Assembly (NCBI GenBank): GCA_964016885.1
Contig: OZ024743.1
Span: 370,450,001-370,514,000 of the forward strand
From: Eledone cirrhosa
Lineage: Eukaryota
Reading direction: 5' to 3'
DNA length: 64,000 nucleotides
The first letter of the stretch is position 1. Every line of letters begins with the position of its first letter. The position numbers and the translations under genes were made by a program. Below are positions 38,027 to 50,492 of this stretch, one piece after another. The notes under the pieces are model-generated. The model was not told where the DNA came from. It ran no database searches and worked only from the letters and a program-made list of their open reading frames with translations.

Positions 38027-39409
38027 GTAATTAATTAATTTATTTATTTTATTTTATATTTTATGAACATTTTAAAAAAATGTGTTGCTGATAATATATT
38101 TGTCAACAAACTTGCATATTCAGCTATTTATCTGTGATTTTAAACAGCAGTAAAGAAAGTAAGTTTGTGCAAGCTAAGACAATGGCTCAGATTCACATGC
38201 TTGTTTTAATCATTCAACACTGTGAATATTTTCATAGAGAAGTAACCAATTCTCATTTATAGTTTACGTAAATGGTTAGACATGGTGGCAAATTGCAGAG
38301 TTGTTAGAATGTTGGATACAATGCTTTGCGGTATTCATTCTGGCTCTTTGCTCTGAATTCAAATCCCACCAAGGTCAACTTTGACTTTCATCAATTCTAT
38401 GTCAATAAAAAAGTACCAGACTAGTAGTGGGGTTGATTTTTCCTCTATATCTATTTCTTACTTTCTACTCTTTGGAAGAAATCTGTTGCATTCAGATCTG
38501 GATAGGGGATGGGCTCTGCCAAGTTTTAAAATTGAACCTAACTTTTTACTAGATATTTTCACTCTCCAGGATACAAACCACCAACACAGACTGAAGGTTT
38601 TACAAACGATGTAAATTTTACTGATCAATGATGTGGGGTGGCTTAATAGATAGAGAATTAGATTTACAATCGTCTGGTTGCAAATTCAATTCCTAGACCA
38701 AGCAATACGTTATGTCCTTGAGCAAGGCTCTTTATTTCACATTGATCTTTCTGCCAAGAGTTGCAACCTGTAGATAGTATCAGAAATGGAAAGACCAATG
38801 GAAACATTGTTTCGTTGGTCCAATTTGATGACCTCCATCCAACTCAGTAAGCGAATGAGATTTGGGATCTTGCCAATCAATTGCTTCCTTCCTTATATGG
38901 GGTGTATTGGAAAGCAAAGGAGCCCACATTTTGGGCATGTTTGGCCATGGGTTTTGTACCAATGACTGACTGTCCATGGATTTGACTGTTCAAGAGTTCA
39001 AGTCTTGGCAGTATGGTTTCTCATGCATGAAATTTGGTACCTGTATCATTAAAATTCGTTTTTTTCTAAGTGGATTGGAGCAACATGAAATAAAATATCT
39101 TGCTCAAAGACGTAGCATGCTACACAGTCTGGTAATGAAACTCATGACTAAGATTCTGAGCTTGACAACATAACCACTAAGCAATGTACTTTCATTTACT
39201 TGTAATTCAAATAGCCAGTCGTGTCACACACTGGTGTCATACTGAATCTCCCTGAGGATTACGTTAAGGTTGTATGTGTGTGTGGAATACTCAGCCACTT
39301 ACTTGCACATTATTTTCATAAGCAGGCTGTTCTGTTATTCAAACAACTGAAACACTTGGTTTATATATATATATCTGTTCTCTATCTTCTTTACTGTGAC
39401 TCTCATGCA

Positions 39410-40760
39410 TGTGTTTCAGAATTACGATGTTGGTGTGTATCTGCGTTTCAGGACCATGGGAAAAGTGTTTTATTCGACAAGATTTAGGGACAAATCAAAA
39501 ACTTTCCAGTCTGTCATCAGAGAGTTGCTCTATGCTGACGATGCAGACCTTGTTGCTCATACCAAGAAGGACATGCAACCAATCATGGACCTGTTTTATG
39601 TGGGATGCACTACTTTTGGGCTTACTATCAACACAGAAAAGACTAAGGTCATGCACACACCACCAACATCTTTGAGTCCAATACCAGAGTCCAATATCAG
39701 AGTCCAATATCAGAGTCCAATATCTTTGTTCAGGATCAGAGTTTGAAGGTTGTTAATACATTTGTCTACCGAGGTATTGCTCTCTTCATTGGACTCCGAA
39801 ATTGAACTAAGGATCAGAAAAGCCAGCAAGACTTTTGATAGGTTGGATGTGATGTGTCTGGTTGGACAGAGGCATCTCATTTGGCACTAAGATAAGTGTC
39901 TACCAATCCTCTGTCCTGACTGCTCTCTTGTACTCTTCTGAGGCTTGGACCACATATTAACATCATATGAAGACATTGGAAATATTCCACCAAAACTGCC
40001 TAAAGTCATATTTTGAACATTAAGTGGCTGCCATCTACACCAGACTTTGTTGTTCTGCAGCAGGCCAATACATCCAACAGAGAAAATCTACTCATTTGAA
40101 ATCAACTGAATTGGGCAGGGCATTTAAGTTGGGTGGGAAATGAGAGATTGCCTAAATGAATTTGGTATGGAGAGTTAACTCTTTGTAGATGCCCCAGACA
40201 CAAACCCAAGAACTGTCAAAGGCAACCTGTCAAAGGCAACCTGTCAAAGGTAACCTGAAGACCCTTGGTATTAGTGTTGAGGACTGGGATGCTAAGTCAA
40301 ATATTCGATCTGGTTAGAGAAGTCTGGTTTAAGATAGTTGTGATCATTTTGAGGTTTTGACCTCAAAATGATCACAACCATCTTAAACCAGACTTCTCTA
40401 ACCAGATTGAATATTTGACTTAGCGTCCCGTTTAAAAGAGCATTCAGGAAAGGTGATGTAGACTGAGTCCCAGAGGATATCCAGTCAGAGCCTATCTATA
40501 ACATCTGCGGAAAGATTGTTCTTTTTCGTGCTGGGACTGCTAATCATTTAAGAGTTCACAGCAATCAGCAGTCTGGGGTGATTATGTTAGTGTCCTCTCT
40601 AAAAGGCCTGCAAGGTATTTGTGTAAGTTTTGCAACAAAGCTTGTAGGACTGCTGGAGGGCTAAAGCGGCACATGAGAGTAGATAAGGAGGAAGTTACGT
40701 TCAGGAAAATCTGGTAGCTTCCAGGAGCGAGGCAGTTTTGCATAGCTTTTTGTGGGCTCA
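39410..40760 (+). mobile_element. Decayed RTE/BovB-like LINE with C-terminal C2H2-like fingers
   Basis: GVYLRFRTMGKVF...IRELLYADDADLVAH...FGLTINTEKTKVM; ICGK..FRAG..NHLRVH and CKFCNKACRTAGGLKRHMR. Confidence 0.82.
40286..40429. repeat. Inverted duplication (70-bp arms, 4-nt loop) inside the BovB-like LINE
   Basis: GGGATGCTAAGTC...TTTTGAGGT tttg ACCTCAAAA...GACTTAGCGTCCC, 3 differences between arms. Confidence 0.9.
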
Positions 40761-41359
40761 TGGTCATTCAGCACAACATAGAAAAGATGGCCCTCTTCTA
40801 TAATATATACAAGTTGCGTATCGATGAAAGAATAAATATCTTGCAGAGGTTACATAACAGTGCTTGCCTTAACACAAAAGCCATTTTTTTAATTGCTGCC
40901 TCTATACTGTGAAATATTTATCGAGTAACTGGAAGAACAGAGGATAACGAGAAGATTAACAAGGCTGAACTATCACAAGGGATCGTTCTTAAAAATCTGT
41001 CTCCTCTTACATCAGTCCTTCTTGAGTTACTTCTTTGGTCATGGAATCAAATACTGACATCTATGCAGAATCATCCAGTCCATAAATATTGGGTTGTAAC
41101 ATAATTACCCGCCGTTTCCTTATTAAGAAGCGTTATAACAACGGTGGGAATTTATGTTACAACCCAATACTTCCATTCTTACTACACCCATACACGAGTT
41201 GAATAATCCTTTCAGGTGAAACACGTCCTTAATTATGGTTTATTAACTATTGTGGAACTAACTCTATAACGAACTCGTTCTTTAGACTGAGTGCTCTACC
41301 AACTTTGGATATAACCTTCCATTTTTTTTCACTATCATCGCTTGCATGGATTATACATC

Positions 41360-43021
41360 TTCATCATCATCATCATTGTTTAACGTCTGTCTTCCATGCT
41401 AGCATGGGTTAGACGCGAATTGTCCCACTTGAGGCAAGATGGGTCGGGTGACCGTGTCTCGCTCATATAGGACTATCTAGCAGGTATACATATATATATA
41501 TATAATGTAACAAAGTCATTGGATATGGGCAAAAAATCTTCGAACGCTTTCCCACCCACTCAATATTTTAATTAAGCTAATATCTTATATATACCAACCC
41601 AAATGAAAACACAGTGTACACTAATATGTTAAATAGTATATTGTTAGAGATGCCTACTGACTGTAGTAGGTTTTACTTTGTATTTAGGTAAGGCGGGTCT
41701 TCTCTATTACTGAGTACCGCCAAAGGTCTCGGTCCAGTGACATTGTCTTGGTGAGGTGTAAGTGTGTGAGGTCGGAATTTATCAGCTCGTCCCAGGTTTT
41801 TCTGGGTCTGCCTATTCCGTGGCTACCGTCTATCTTTATTGCCCTGCACTTTGTTATACAGCTATCGTCCTTCATGCGCATCACGTGACCATACCAACGT
41901 AGCCTTCTCTCGAGTAAACAACATCTGATCCCTCTTATTACTAATTTTTTCCTTAGTTCGTTTATGCTTTGCCGTTCACGTATATTACTATTACACATCC
42001 AGCGGAGCATGCAAGCTTCGTTTCTCTCTAGTCTGCGTATATCCTCTGCACACAATGCCCAGGTCTCACTGCCATGCAACATTGCTGTTCGTATGCAGGC
42101 ATCATACAACCTGCCTTTCATTTTTAGGGAGAACCCTTTAGCGGCTAATAGTGGTATAAGCTCTCTGAACTTTTTCCATCCAGTTCTGACTCTAGCTACT
42201 GTACTTTCAGAGCACCCTCCCCCACTGCTGATTTTGTCACCCAGGTAACTGAAGCTGTCCACTATTTCTATAGAACCCTCTGCGCAGTTGAAAGAGCTAG
42301 TATTTCGTGGGCACTTGCTGCTACTTATTGCACCAGAGCACCGGCCACATGTAAAATCTATGTTCTTAGTTAGCTTACCTGTGATCCCACTACATCTTTT
42401 ATGCACCCATACTTTGCATTTGGGACACAAAATGGAGTTTCTACCTACGCCTTTCCTACACACTGAGCATGGCCACTTCCCGGAAGGGACCGCCGCCTTA
42501 TTTTCTTTCTTACAAACTAGAACTTTAGTCTTAGCCAGGTTAATTTTAAGGCCTTTTGATTCTAGGCCGTGCTTCCATGTTTGGAATTTCTTCTCTAGCT
42601 CGGCCATTGATTCGGCTATGAGCGTTAGATCATCTTCGTATAGGAGTTCCCATGGGCAGCCGGTCTTGAACTCCTCTGTTATAGCCTGAAGGGCAATAAT
42701 AAATAGTAGGGGGCTGAGAACAGAGCCCTGATGGACGCCAACTTTTACGCTAAACTCTTCACTATATTCGTTGTTAATTCTAACCTTGCTGACTGTTTCT
42801 TTATACATGGCTTGTATAGCTCTCACAAGCCATTCGTCAACACCTAGTTTTCTAAGAGCCCACCAGATAATGGAACGGGGGACTCTGTCGAAGGCTTTCT
42901 CCAAGTCGACAAAAGCTAAGTATAGGGGTTTACTTTTAGCTAGGTACTTCTCCTGTAGTTGTCGTACAATGAAAAGAGCGTCTGTGGTACTTTTGCCTGA
43001 CACAAACCCGAACTGCATTTC
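41360..43021 (-). mobile_element. Young 5'-truncated RTE-clade LINE, open for ~445 aa, same family as 25400-28741
   Basis: EMQFGF...AFVDLEKAFDRVP...GVHQGSVLSP...LLYEDDL...CSVC..CPKC..HKRC..CGRC...LRWYGHVMRM; 3' tail at 41360-41480. Confidence 0.93.
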
Positions 43022-44567
43022 ATATATATATATATATATATAATTAATTAATGAAATGCTGAATAGCAACCCACAGCCTCTGTGTTTATCCCACAACTTT
43101 AGCACACACTCACACACACACACACACACATATATATATGCTAATAAAGAACACACATACACACTGAGACAGACATGCGCAGAGACATAAATGTATATTC
43201 CAAGAAAATCCAGTAAGGTCAAACATATTTGTATATTCAGAAGCATAACTTCATTTTGCTTTGTTTCGCTGTTGTTTTTTGTGTTTTTGTTTTTGTTCTT
43301 TTACTGCACCTTTTAGTTCTTTATATTTGCTGAAAAAAAATGCTGACATCATTTTTGTTTTATAAATTCCAAATGACTGAGATCTACAGCTGGCCTAGTC
43401 AATAGGTTATTATCTATAAATCACTTTTAGCTGGTATGTGTTGCTATATTTGTACTGTGTCCATAACAAAGACACCTAACTCTCCTAACTGTAGATGTGT
43501 GTCATTTGAAGAGAGAGCATAGCAAATTGTGTTGATTGATCATCAGACACCCAGTAAAGAACACAGCAGTTTATATCCTGTCAAGGATCAAAACACTTGC
43601 TTGAGGGGGATTTATTCTCTGAAAATTTTCTGCTGTCCACCTCTGCTGAGAAATTCTTACTGACACTAAATTGTATTCAGGACCAAGAAAGACACTTAAC
43701 ACTTAAATGGCCCATATTCCAAACTGTAAATGAAAGTCTGTCTTAAAACTTATTTGGTTGGAGCGGATTTTGCTTTCATGAGACATTAAGCAACTGAAAT
43801 TACAATACTCCCTTCTGGATGTCACTCCAGTACATTGCAAGGTTAACTTCCTATTGTTGCTGGTACTCATCTGTTCAGCTGATAGGATTGGAACATTGTG
43901 AAATGGTGCTATACTCAAGAACATAATGTGTTACATAGTCCAGAAATTGAAACTATAACATTACAATAATGAGGCCAACACCAAACCATATGCTTTTCTT
44001 AACTGTAAATAAGAGCAATAACTTCAAAGTCTTCAAGTGATATCTTATAATTGTTGTTGTTACAGCTCACACCCGAGCAAGTTATGCCAGCCTTCTATAT
44101 GGCTGCATCACATTGGAGGTTTCTTGGGTGTTTTAAACATTCTAGTGACACGTGATGAAATTTCAACTCAGAATGCACAGAATTAGAACAGATACCTCAA
44201 GGCACTCCATCCAACATTCTAACAATTCTGCTAATCCACCACTCTCGACTGATACTTTATTTATCTAAGTAGAAAGCCAAAATAAATGCCTTAAGTTATT
44301 TGATCTTACATGCTAACACTTCTGACAATTGGCTGCCTTTGTAAAAGGTCTATCAATTGTCTGCACGACGTCCTATGGGTTGTGGATGGAATACACTTAC
44401 ACAATTCAAATAATTTATTTTAAATGATACACCAAAGCATTTCTGAAGTTGAATTTAATGGTTATTACCTATTTCTAGGGAAAATATTTTTGTGTTTTAA
44501 GATGAATTATGCCACACTCAGTATGTATGTGATATAACATTAATAAAACTTTAAATTTCTTCTCTAG

Positions 44568-44888
44568 GTTACTACATGCAATCTAATCCTTCTTACTCTG
44601 TCTCTCCATTGATATCACCAAGTCAACATATCAACAACAGCTGTGTGCAAATTAGATATAAGATAATCAACAAATATTGCAACCTGACCATTTATAATGC
44701 CTTTAACAATGAAATAATTTTGCATGCTGTGAGTGATGATACAATTCCATGGAGTATTGCTCAAGTATATATTCAAGAAGAGGTTACAAAACTTGTTTTT
44801 CTTGCAAGCCGAGTGTATTATGATTATGAGTATTGTTATATTTTAATTTCTAATGTCAGTGTTGAGGAAAAGAAATGTGAAAAATTAG
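44568..44888 (+). CDS. Exon F, MAM domain C-terminal part
   Basis: Acceptor tctctAG, donor GTaagt, phase 1/1. GYYMQ...LISP...SCVQIRY...WSIAQV...LVFLASR...ILISNVSVEEKKCEKL. Confidence 0.88.
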
Positions 44889-45219
44889 GTAAGTTTTTTT
44901 AATTTATTATTCTTTTATTTTTATAAAATAAGATTATATTAATTTCCATGCAGCTTTAAGAAAGGGTAATTCAATATTTTTCTATGTTTATGTTGGGTGT
45001 TGTAGTCCCTTGTTGTTCTGATATTGCAAGAAGATCACACAAGTCTATATTGGTAAAAAGTTTACTTTGTGCTAGAAGTTGTGACTTGTAGATAGTATCA
45101 GTAATGGAAATACCAATGGAAACATTGTCAGTGCATTATGATAGATGCATTATGATAGAGCTGATAGAAAAAATAGACTTTGCATTGTTATAATCACTGG
45201 TGTGATTAGAAGTAAAACA

Positions 45220-45319
45220 TTCTTCTTCTTCTTCTTCTTCTTCTTCTTCTTCTTCTTCTTCTTCTTCTTCTTCTTCTTCTTCTTCTTCTTCTTCTTCTTC
45301 TTCTTCTTCTTCTTCTTCT
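45220..45319. repeat. (TTC)n microsatellite
   Basis: Read directly. Confidence 0.97.
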
Positions 45320-45851
45320 ATCCATAGGAGGGTCATAGAAGCAGTGTCCTCAAAGGCAACCATCTCCAATTAATCCCCAAGCAAGATTAGCTAAAAATCA
45401 AATTCTTTCAAATGTTCAGGAGTAGTTAATAGCTTTCATTACCTAGGTAATCACATCAGTAGTCGAGGTGTGTGTACTGAAAGCATAGTAGCCAAAACCT
45501 AAATGAGGTTGGTGTTAGGAAGGGCATCCAGCTGTAGAAATCAAGCCAAAATCAGTTCCTGTATGAGCAAGGCATGGTCAGCCGACCAGACACTGCCCAC
45601 AACAGGACAACCCGTCTAACCCATCCTAGCATGGAAGAACGGACGTAAAACGGTGATGATGATGATGATGATATATATATATATATTATATATATATATA
45701 TAAAGAGAGAGGGAGAGAGAAATGGTGATTTCTTATGAATGAAAACAGTTCTAGTCCTGTAGAAGTCATTTCTATAATTAAAAAAATAATAATAGAATAT
45801 GTTTTGTAACTGCGGTTGCCTCACACTGGGATCCAACATATATATCTATAT

Positions 45852-46032
45852 AGATATGTGTTCAATCAGCATATAGAGAGAAGTACACACAGAGATATGT
45901 GTTCAATCAGCATATAGAGAGAAGTACACACAGAGATATGTGTTCAATCAGCATATAGAGAGAAGTACACACAGAGATATGTGTTCAATCAGCATATAGA
46001 GAGAAGTACACACAGAGATATGTGTTCAATCA
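45852..46032. repeat. 41-bp tandem repeat, ~4.4 copies
   Basis: AGATATGTGTTCAATCAGCATATAGAGAGAAGTACACACAG, identical copies. Confidence 0.93.
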
Positions 46033-46393
46033 TAGGGGATTTAAAACCACCAGTGTAAAGAACATATTAACTATGGAAAGAAGGGTGAATAGAAATCAAT
46101 TAAAAGATATATTAAAGCGTACTAACCATCAAATTGTAACTATAACATCCAGACACGCTATTATAGGCGGAGTTTAAATACAGCAGATGTCCTCACAATA
46201 TGATAACTAAATATATGCACAAGTAAAAGAGAAAGCACATACCGTATATACTTGCGTATAGGTCGCTCCGGCAGATAGGTCGCATACCCACTTTTCATTT
46301 AACAAATAGGCTATTTGCCATTGACTCGCAGATAGGTTGCACTGAAATTTGGGCCATCAAACTACTATTTTTTATGATAATTGAAACTAATAA

Positions 46394-48173
46394 CACTGTG
46401 TAACAAAAAAAATTTTTCTCTGTTCCTGGCTTGTAATAACTTTTTTGTGTTGCTTAGGTCCCAAATAAATAAAAAAAAGTGCTATTAAACAGTTAAAAGT
46501 TTGGGTTTGTAAAAATTCTAAGCTATTCACTAGAATTATTTGTATGCTGGATTTTACGTTGTATGTAAGTTTAATTTGCTTATGTTAAATGATTTTTTAT
46601 ATGTTTCAGGTTAAATTAAAATTATAAAACAAAGAGTAATACCTAAAGAAAATTATAAAAGTGCAATAAAGTATAAAATTGATAAAAAGTGGATTAAAGA
46701 GATTTATTGATACTGGGGTACCAGAAAAAGTTCCTCACTTCCCAAACCAAAAAGAAGTCAATGACTTGGTCAGGGATATGGATCTGACCAAGTCCAATGC
46801 AGAGCTATTCGTCTCCAGGATGAAGCAGTGGAACTTGGTCAAGGAGGAAGTGCAGTTGACAAGTCAGAGAAGTCGACACAAACCTTTCTCAGGCTTTTAT
46901 ACTCTTAGGGATGGTCTCTGCTTCTTTCATGACGTGCCTGGACTGTTTGACATTATTGGGGTGCCGTTTGTGCCCAAGGAGTGGCGGCTATTTATAGACA
47001 GCTCCACCACAAGTTTGAAGGCTGTCCTCCTCCACAATGGAAACAAGTTCCCGACACTGTCCCTAGCTCATTCAGTCTGCCTGAAGGAAGATTACTACAG
47101 TGTGAAAGTCCTCTTGGAAGCTCTGCAATACAACCAGTACAATTGGGAAATCATTGGAGACTTCAAGATGGTGACTTTCCTGCTTGGACTCCAAGGAGGC
47201 TTTATCAAATTCCAATGCTTCCTCTGCCTTTGGGACAGCAGAGCCACCTCTGACCACTACAAAAGAAAGACCTGGGAGCAGCGAACAGAATTTGTAGTTG
47301 GAACCTGGAACGTCATGTGGGAGCCACTGGTTGATCCCAGGATTGTGCTCATACCACCACTGCACATTAAGTTGGGGTTGATGAAGCAGTTTGTGAAGGC
47401 TCTCAACCAAGAATCAGCCGCTTTTAAGTACCTTCTTGAGTTCTTCCCCAAGTTATCTGAGGCCAAAATCAAAGGTGGAATTTTTGTTGGACCTCAGATA
47501 AAGAAGGTGCTTGAGTCTACCGAGTTCTCCAATAAGCTCAATAGGATTGAGAGAACAACATGGAACTGTTTCAAGGCAGGTGTTAAGGGCTTCCTGGGCA
47601 ACTACAGAGCTGAAAACTACAAGCAACTGGTGCAGGCTCTGATAAAGGCTTTTGGCTCCATGGGATGCAGGATGTCGCTTAAACTCCATATGTTGGACGC
47701 TCACCTGGAAAAATTCAAGGACAATATGGGCGCCTACTCAGAAGAACAAGGCGAACAATTCCACCAAGATGTGAAAGAGATAGAGCGGAGGTACCAGGGC
47801 CACTACAATGAAAAATTGATGGGAGACTATATCTGGGGGCTAGTGCGGGAATGCGACCTGGACTACAACCGCAAATCCAGGAAATCCAATCATTTCTGAC
47901 GTGTATAAGTTGCTTTATAAGTGTTATTTGTTTTTACTTGTTTGCTTTCAATAAGCTTGTGTAATAAAATAAATATATACTCTGTTATATGAACTGATAA
48001 ATTTTAAAAAAATGTGTTATTTCTTGAAAAATATGAAATTTTTGAAATATCAAACTTCTGACCACAAACCCAAACTTCTAATTAAATAATAGTGTTTTTT
48101 TTAATAATAATGGGATATAACAAACCAGGAAATGATACTTAGAACCGGGGAACAAAATATATGTTACACAGTG
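46394..48173 (+). mobile_element. Chapaev3-type (CMC superfamily) DNA transposon
   Basis: TAA|CACTGTGTAACA...TGTTACACAGTG|TAA: CAC/GTG ends with a 3-bp TWA TSD. Confidence 0.85.
46679..47899 (+). CDS. Chapaev3-type DDE transposase, uninterrupted but probably lacking its N-terminus
   Basis: DLVRDMDLTK..AEL..SRMKQWNL; WRLFIDSS..SLKAVLLHNGN; IIGDFKMV..LLGLQGG..CFLCLWDSRA; PPLHIKLGLMKQFVKAL; MSLKLHMLDAH; SEEQGEQFHQD. Confidence 0.8.
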   Translation: MIKSGLKRFIDTGVPEKVPHFPNQKEVNDLVRDMDLTKSNAELFVSRMKQWNLVKEEVQLTSQRSRHKPFSGFYTLRDGLCFFHDVPGLFDIIGVPFVPKEWRLFIDSSTTSLKAVLLHNGNKFPTLSLAHSVCLKEDYYSVKVLLEALQYNQYNWEIIGDFKMVTFLLGLQGGFIKFQCFLCLWDSRATSDHYKRKTWEQRTEFVVGTWNVMWEPLVDPRIVLIPPLHIKLGLMKQFVKALNQESAAFKYLLEFFPKLSEAKIKGGIFVGPQIKKVLESTEFSNKLNRIERTTWNCFKAGVKGFLGNYRAENYKQLVQALIKAFGSMGCRMSLKLHMLDAHLEKFKDNMGAYSEEQGEQFHQDVKEIERRYQGHYNEKLMGDYIWGLVRECDLDYNRKSRKSNHF

Positions 48174-48903
48174 TAATTAAAAAATAAATAAAAATAAATA
48201 AATAAATAAATAAAAAAATTTAAAAAAATATTAACAAAGTTATTTTTATAAATACCCATCGTTGATTAAATCTATGAAACATCATTGGACAGTCTGATGT
48301 CGATCGGATAGGTTGCACCCCAAAAATTTATACTTATTTATCGTTAAAAAAGTGCGACCTATACGCGAGTATATACAGTAAGACGACTAAAAACGCAGAC
48401 CCATTCAACTTAAGAAGCTCTACTTACATATACAAATGAAACAGGAGCCATTAATCAAATTACAAAGTGGAGTTAAAGATCCACAATCATCCACCATGAT
48501 TAAATGAGCTCAAGGAACAGATTCTGGGCTCTTTATAAATCAGCATATAGAGAAAGGTACACATATCTGTTCAGTCAAAGGGGATTTCAAACCGCCAATA
48601 TTAATTATGGAAAGAATGGTGTATACAAATCAATTAAAAAATATATTTAAGTGTACTAACCATCCATTATATATATATAAATAGACAGGTTGATAGAAAA
48701 AACCATTAAGGCACATTTGGTGATGTTCAATGATTCAGTTATTAAATTTTGGAGAGTTAGACACATGTTTCAATGGGTTACATATTTGGCCTATGAAATC
48801 TGTTATTATATAATCCATTATGTTATACTGCCGGTAATATTCAATACATCTCCTCAGAGAAAGTCCAAAGGAAAATGATATTAAACCTGTATAAATCCAT
48901 ATA

Positions 48904-48968
<65 letters not shown>

Positions 48969-48977
48969 TTATATATA

Positions 48978-49910
48978 TAATCTGAGTTTTTCGAATATTA
49001 ATAATTGTTTCTACTTTTGGCATGAGGCCAGCAATTAATCCAGTGCATTACTGGTACTTTATTTTATCGACTCCGTAAGGATGAAAGGCAAAGTTAACCT
49101 CGGCACGATTTGAACTCAGAATGGCAAGGGCCGTAACTCTATGCTGTAAAGCATGGTGTCCGACCCTCTACCGATAATAATAATATTCGATTTGTTTGCA
49201 ATTATGCTAACAGCCTCTTTTATAAGCCATGTCAGTAAAATGAGCCCCTCATTCTTGTTCTTGTGTTGGCATGCAAACAGAACTGCCGACACTAATGTTT
49301 CTGGGTGGTTACCCTTCATCAGTGCAGTTTACTGCTTACCTGCCAACTGTCAGAGCTAGTGAAAATATATGATATTTTCTGAAATATACAGTGATTGATT
49401 GGACTGATTTGCATATTAGCAGACTGGTTGATCAGTCAGATCTGCATATCAGCAGACCCACAGATCAGCCAGATTTGCAAATCAGCACTTAGGCCAGTCA
49501 GTCTCATGTTTACGAGTGATTAATGACCAACTTTGCCATATTCAAATAACTAACAAATAGTTAATCGCTCTACATGGCTGAATACAATAAATGTAATCTG
49601 AGTTTTTCGAATATTAATAATAATATTCGATTTGTTTGCAATTATGCAAACAGCCTCTTTTATAAGCCATGTCGGTAAAATGAGCCCCTCATCCTCGCTC
49701 TTGTGTTGGCTTGCAAACAAAACTATAGACACTAATGTTTTTTGGGGGTTTACCCTTCATTAATGCAGTTTACTGCTTACCTGCCAATTGTCAGAGCTAG
49801 TGAAAATATATGATATTTTCTGAAATATACAGTGACTGATCAGATTGATTTGCAAATTAACTGACTGGATGATCAGTCAGATCTGCATATTAGCAGATCC
49901 ACTGTTCAGT
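48978..49910. repeat. Dispersed ~440-bp-unit repeat family, copy 2, with a minus-strand SINE inserted at ~49004-49172
   Basis: Two units homologous to 29730-30325; the SINE is the reverse complement of most of 34173-34359. Confidence 0.82.
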
Positions 49911-50384
49911 TATATATATATCCTATGATGGAAGGAATTTGTAACAAGGAATGTATAATTAGGGAACTTAACACCCAGATAAGAAAAACATGGTATACAA
50001 TAAATCAGTGGCCTACAATGTGTTCAGTGTATGGGTATTAATACTAACATTTGGACACTAAATGATACTTTAACCATTGAAGTTAAAACATTCTAACCAA
50101 CACCGGAAATTTCCACATCAACAATTACATAAATTGCCTCTACCTAAAATCTAAGCAGAGAGGCAGAGGCCTAACATCTTGTCTTAGAAATGTTTATAAA
50201 GGAGGTTACCATGAGAGGGAGAGCAAGACGAAATATATGAGATTCATATCTCATTAAGACATAAATTGCATGTTATCTAAATTATTGTTTAATTTCTTAG
50301 AACTAACTGTTGTAGCAATCTGTAAATATTTATTTACATGGTTTTAAAACATTCTTAATTGTTTAAAAAAATTTTTTTTTGCAG

Positions 50385-50492
50385 ATTGTCCAGCTGGAAC
50401 AAGAAAATGTAAAAATAATTATTGTTATAATGAAACTAAACGATGTAATGGAGTCAATGATTGCAGTGATGGTAGCGATGAAGAGAATTGTC
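50385..50492 (+). CDS. Exon G, LDL-receptor class A repeat
   Basis: Acceptor tttgcAG, donor GTaagt, phase 1/1. DCPAGTRKCKNNYCYNETKRCNGVNDCSDGSDEENC has 6 Cys and DCxDGSDE. Confidence 0.93.

Larger units (their letters stand above)
46242..48378. mobile_element. Tc1/mariner-superfamily (pogo/Tc2-like) MITE hosting the Chapaev3 insertion
   Basis: 25-bp TIRs C(C/T)GTATATACT(T/C)GCGTATAGGTCGC (23/25 match), TA on both sides. Confidence 0.8.

Noticed and set aside
43022-43246. N-terminal 75 aa of the 520-aa ORF as a host-LINE fusion
   Set aside because: Read-through of microsatellite and flanking DNA; LINE homology begins at EMQFGF.
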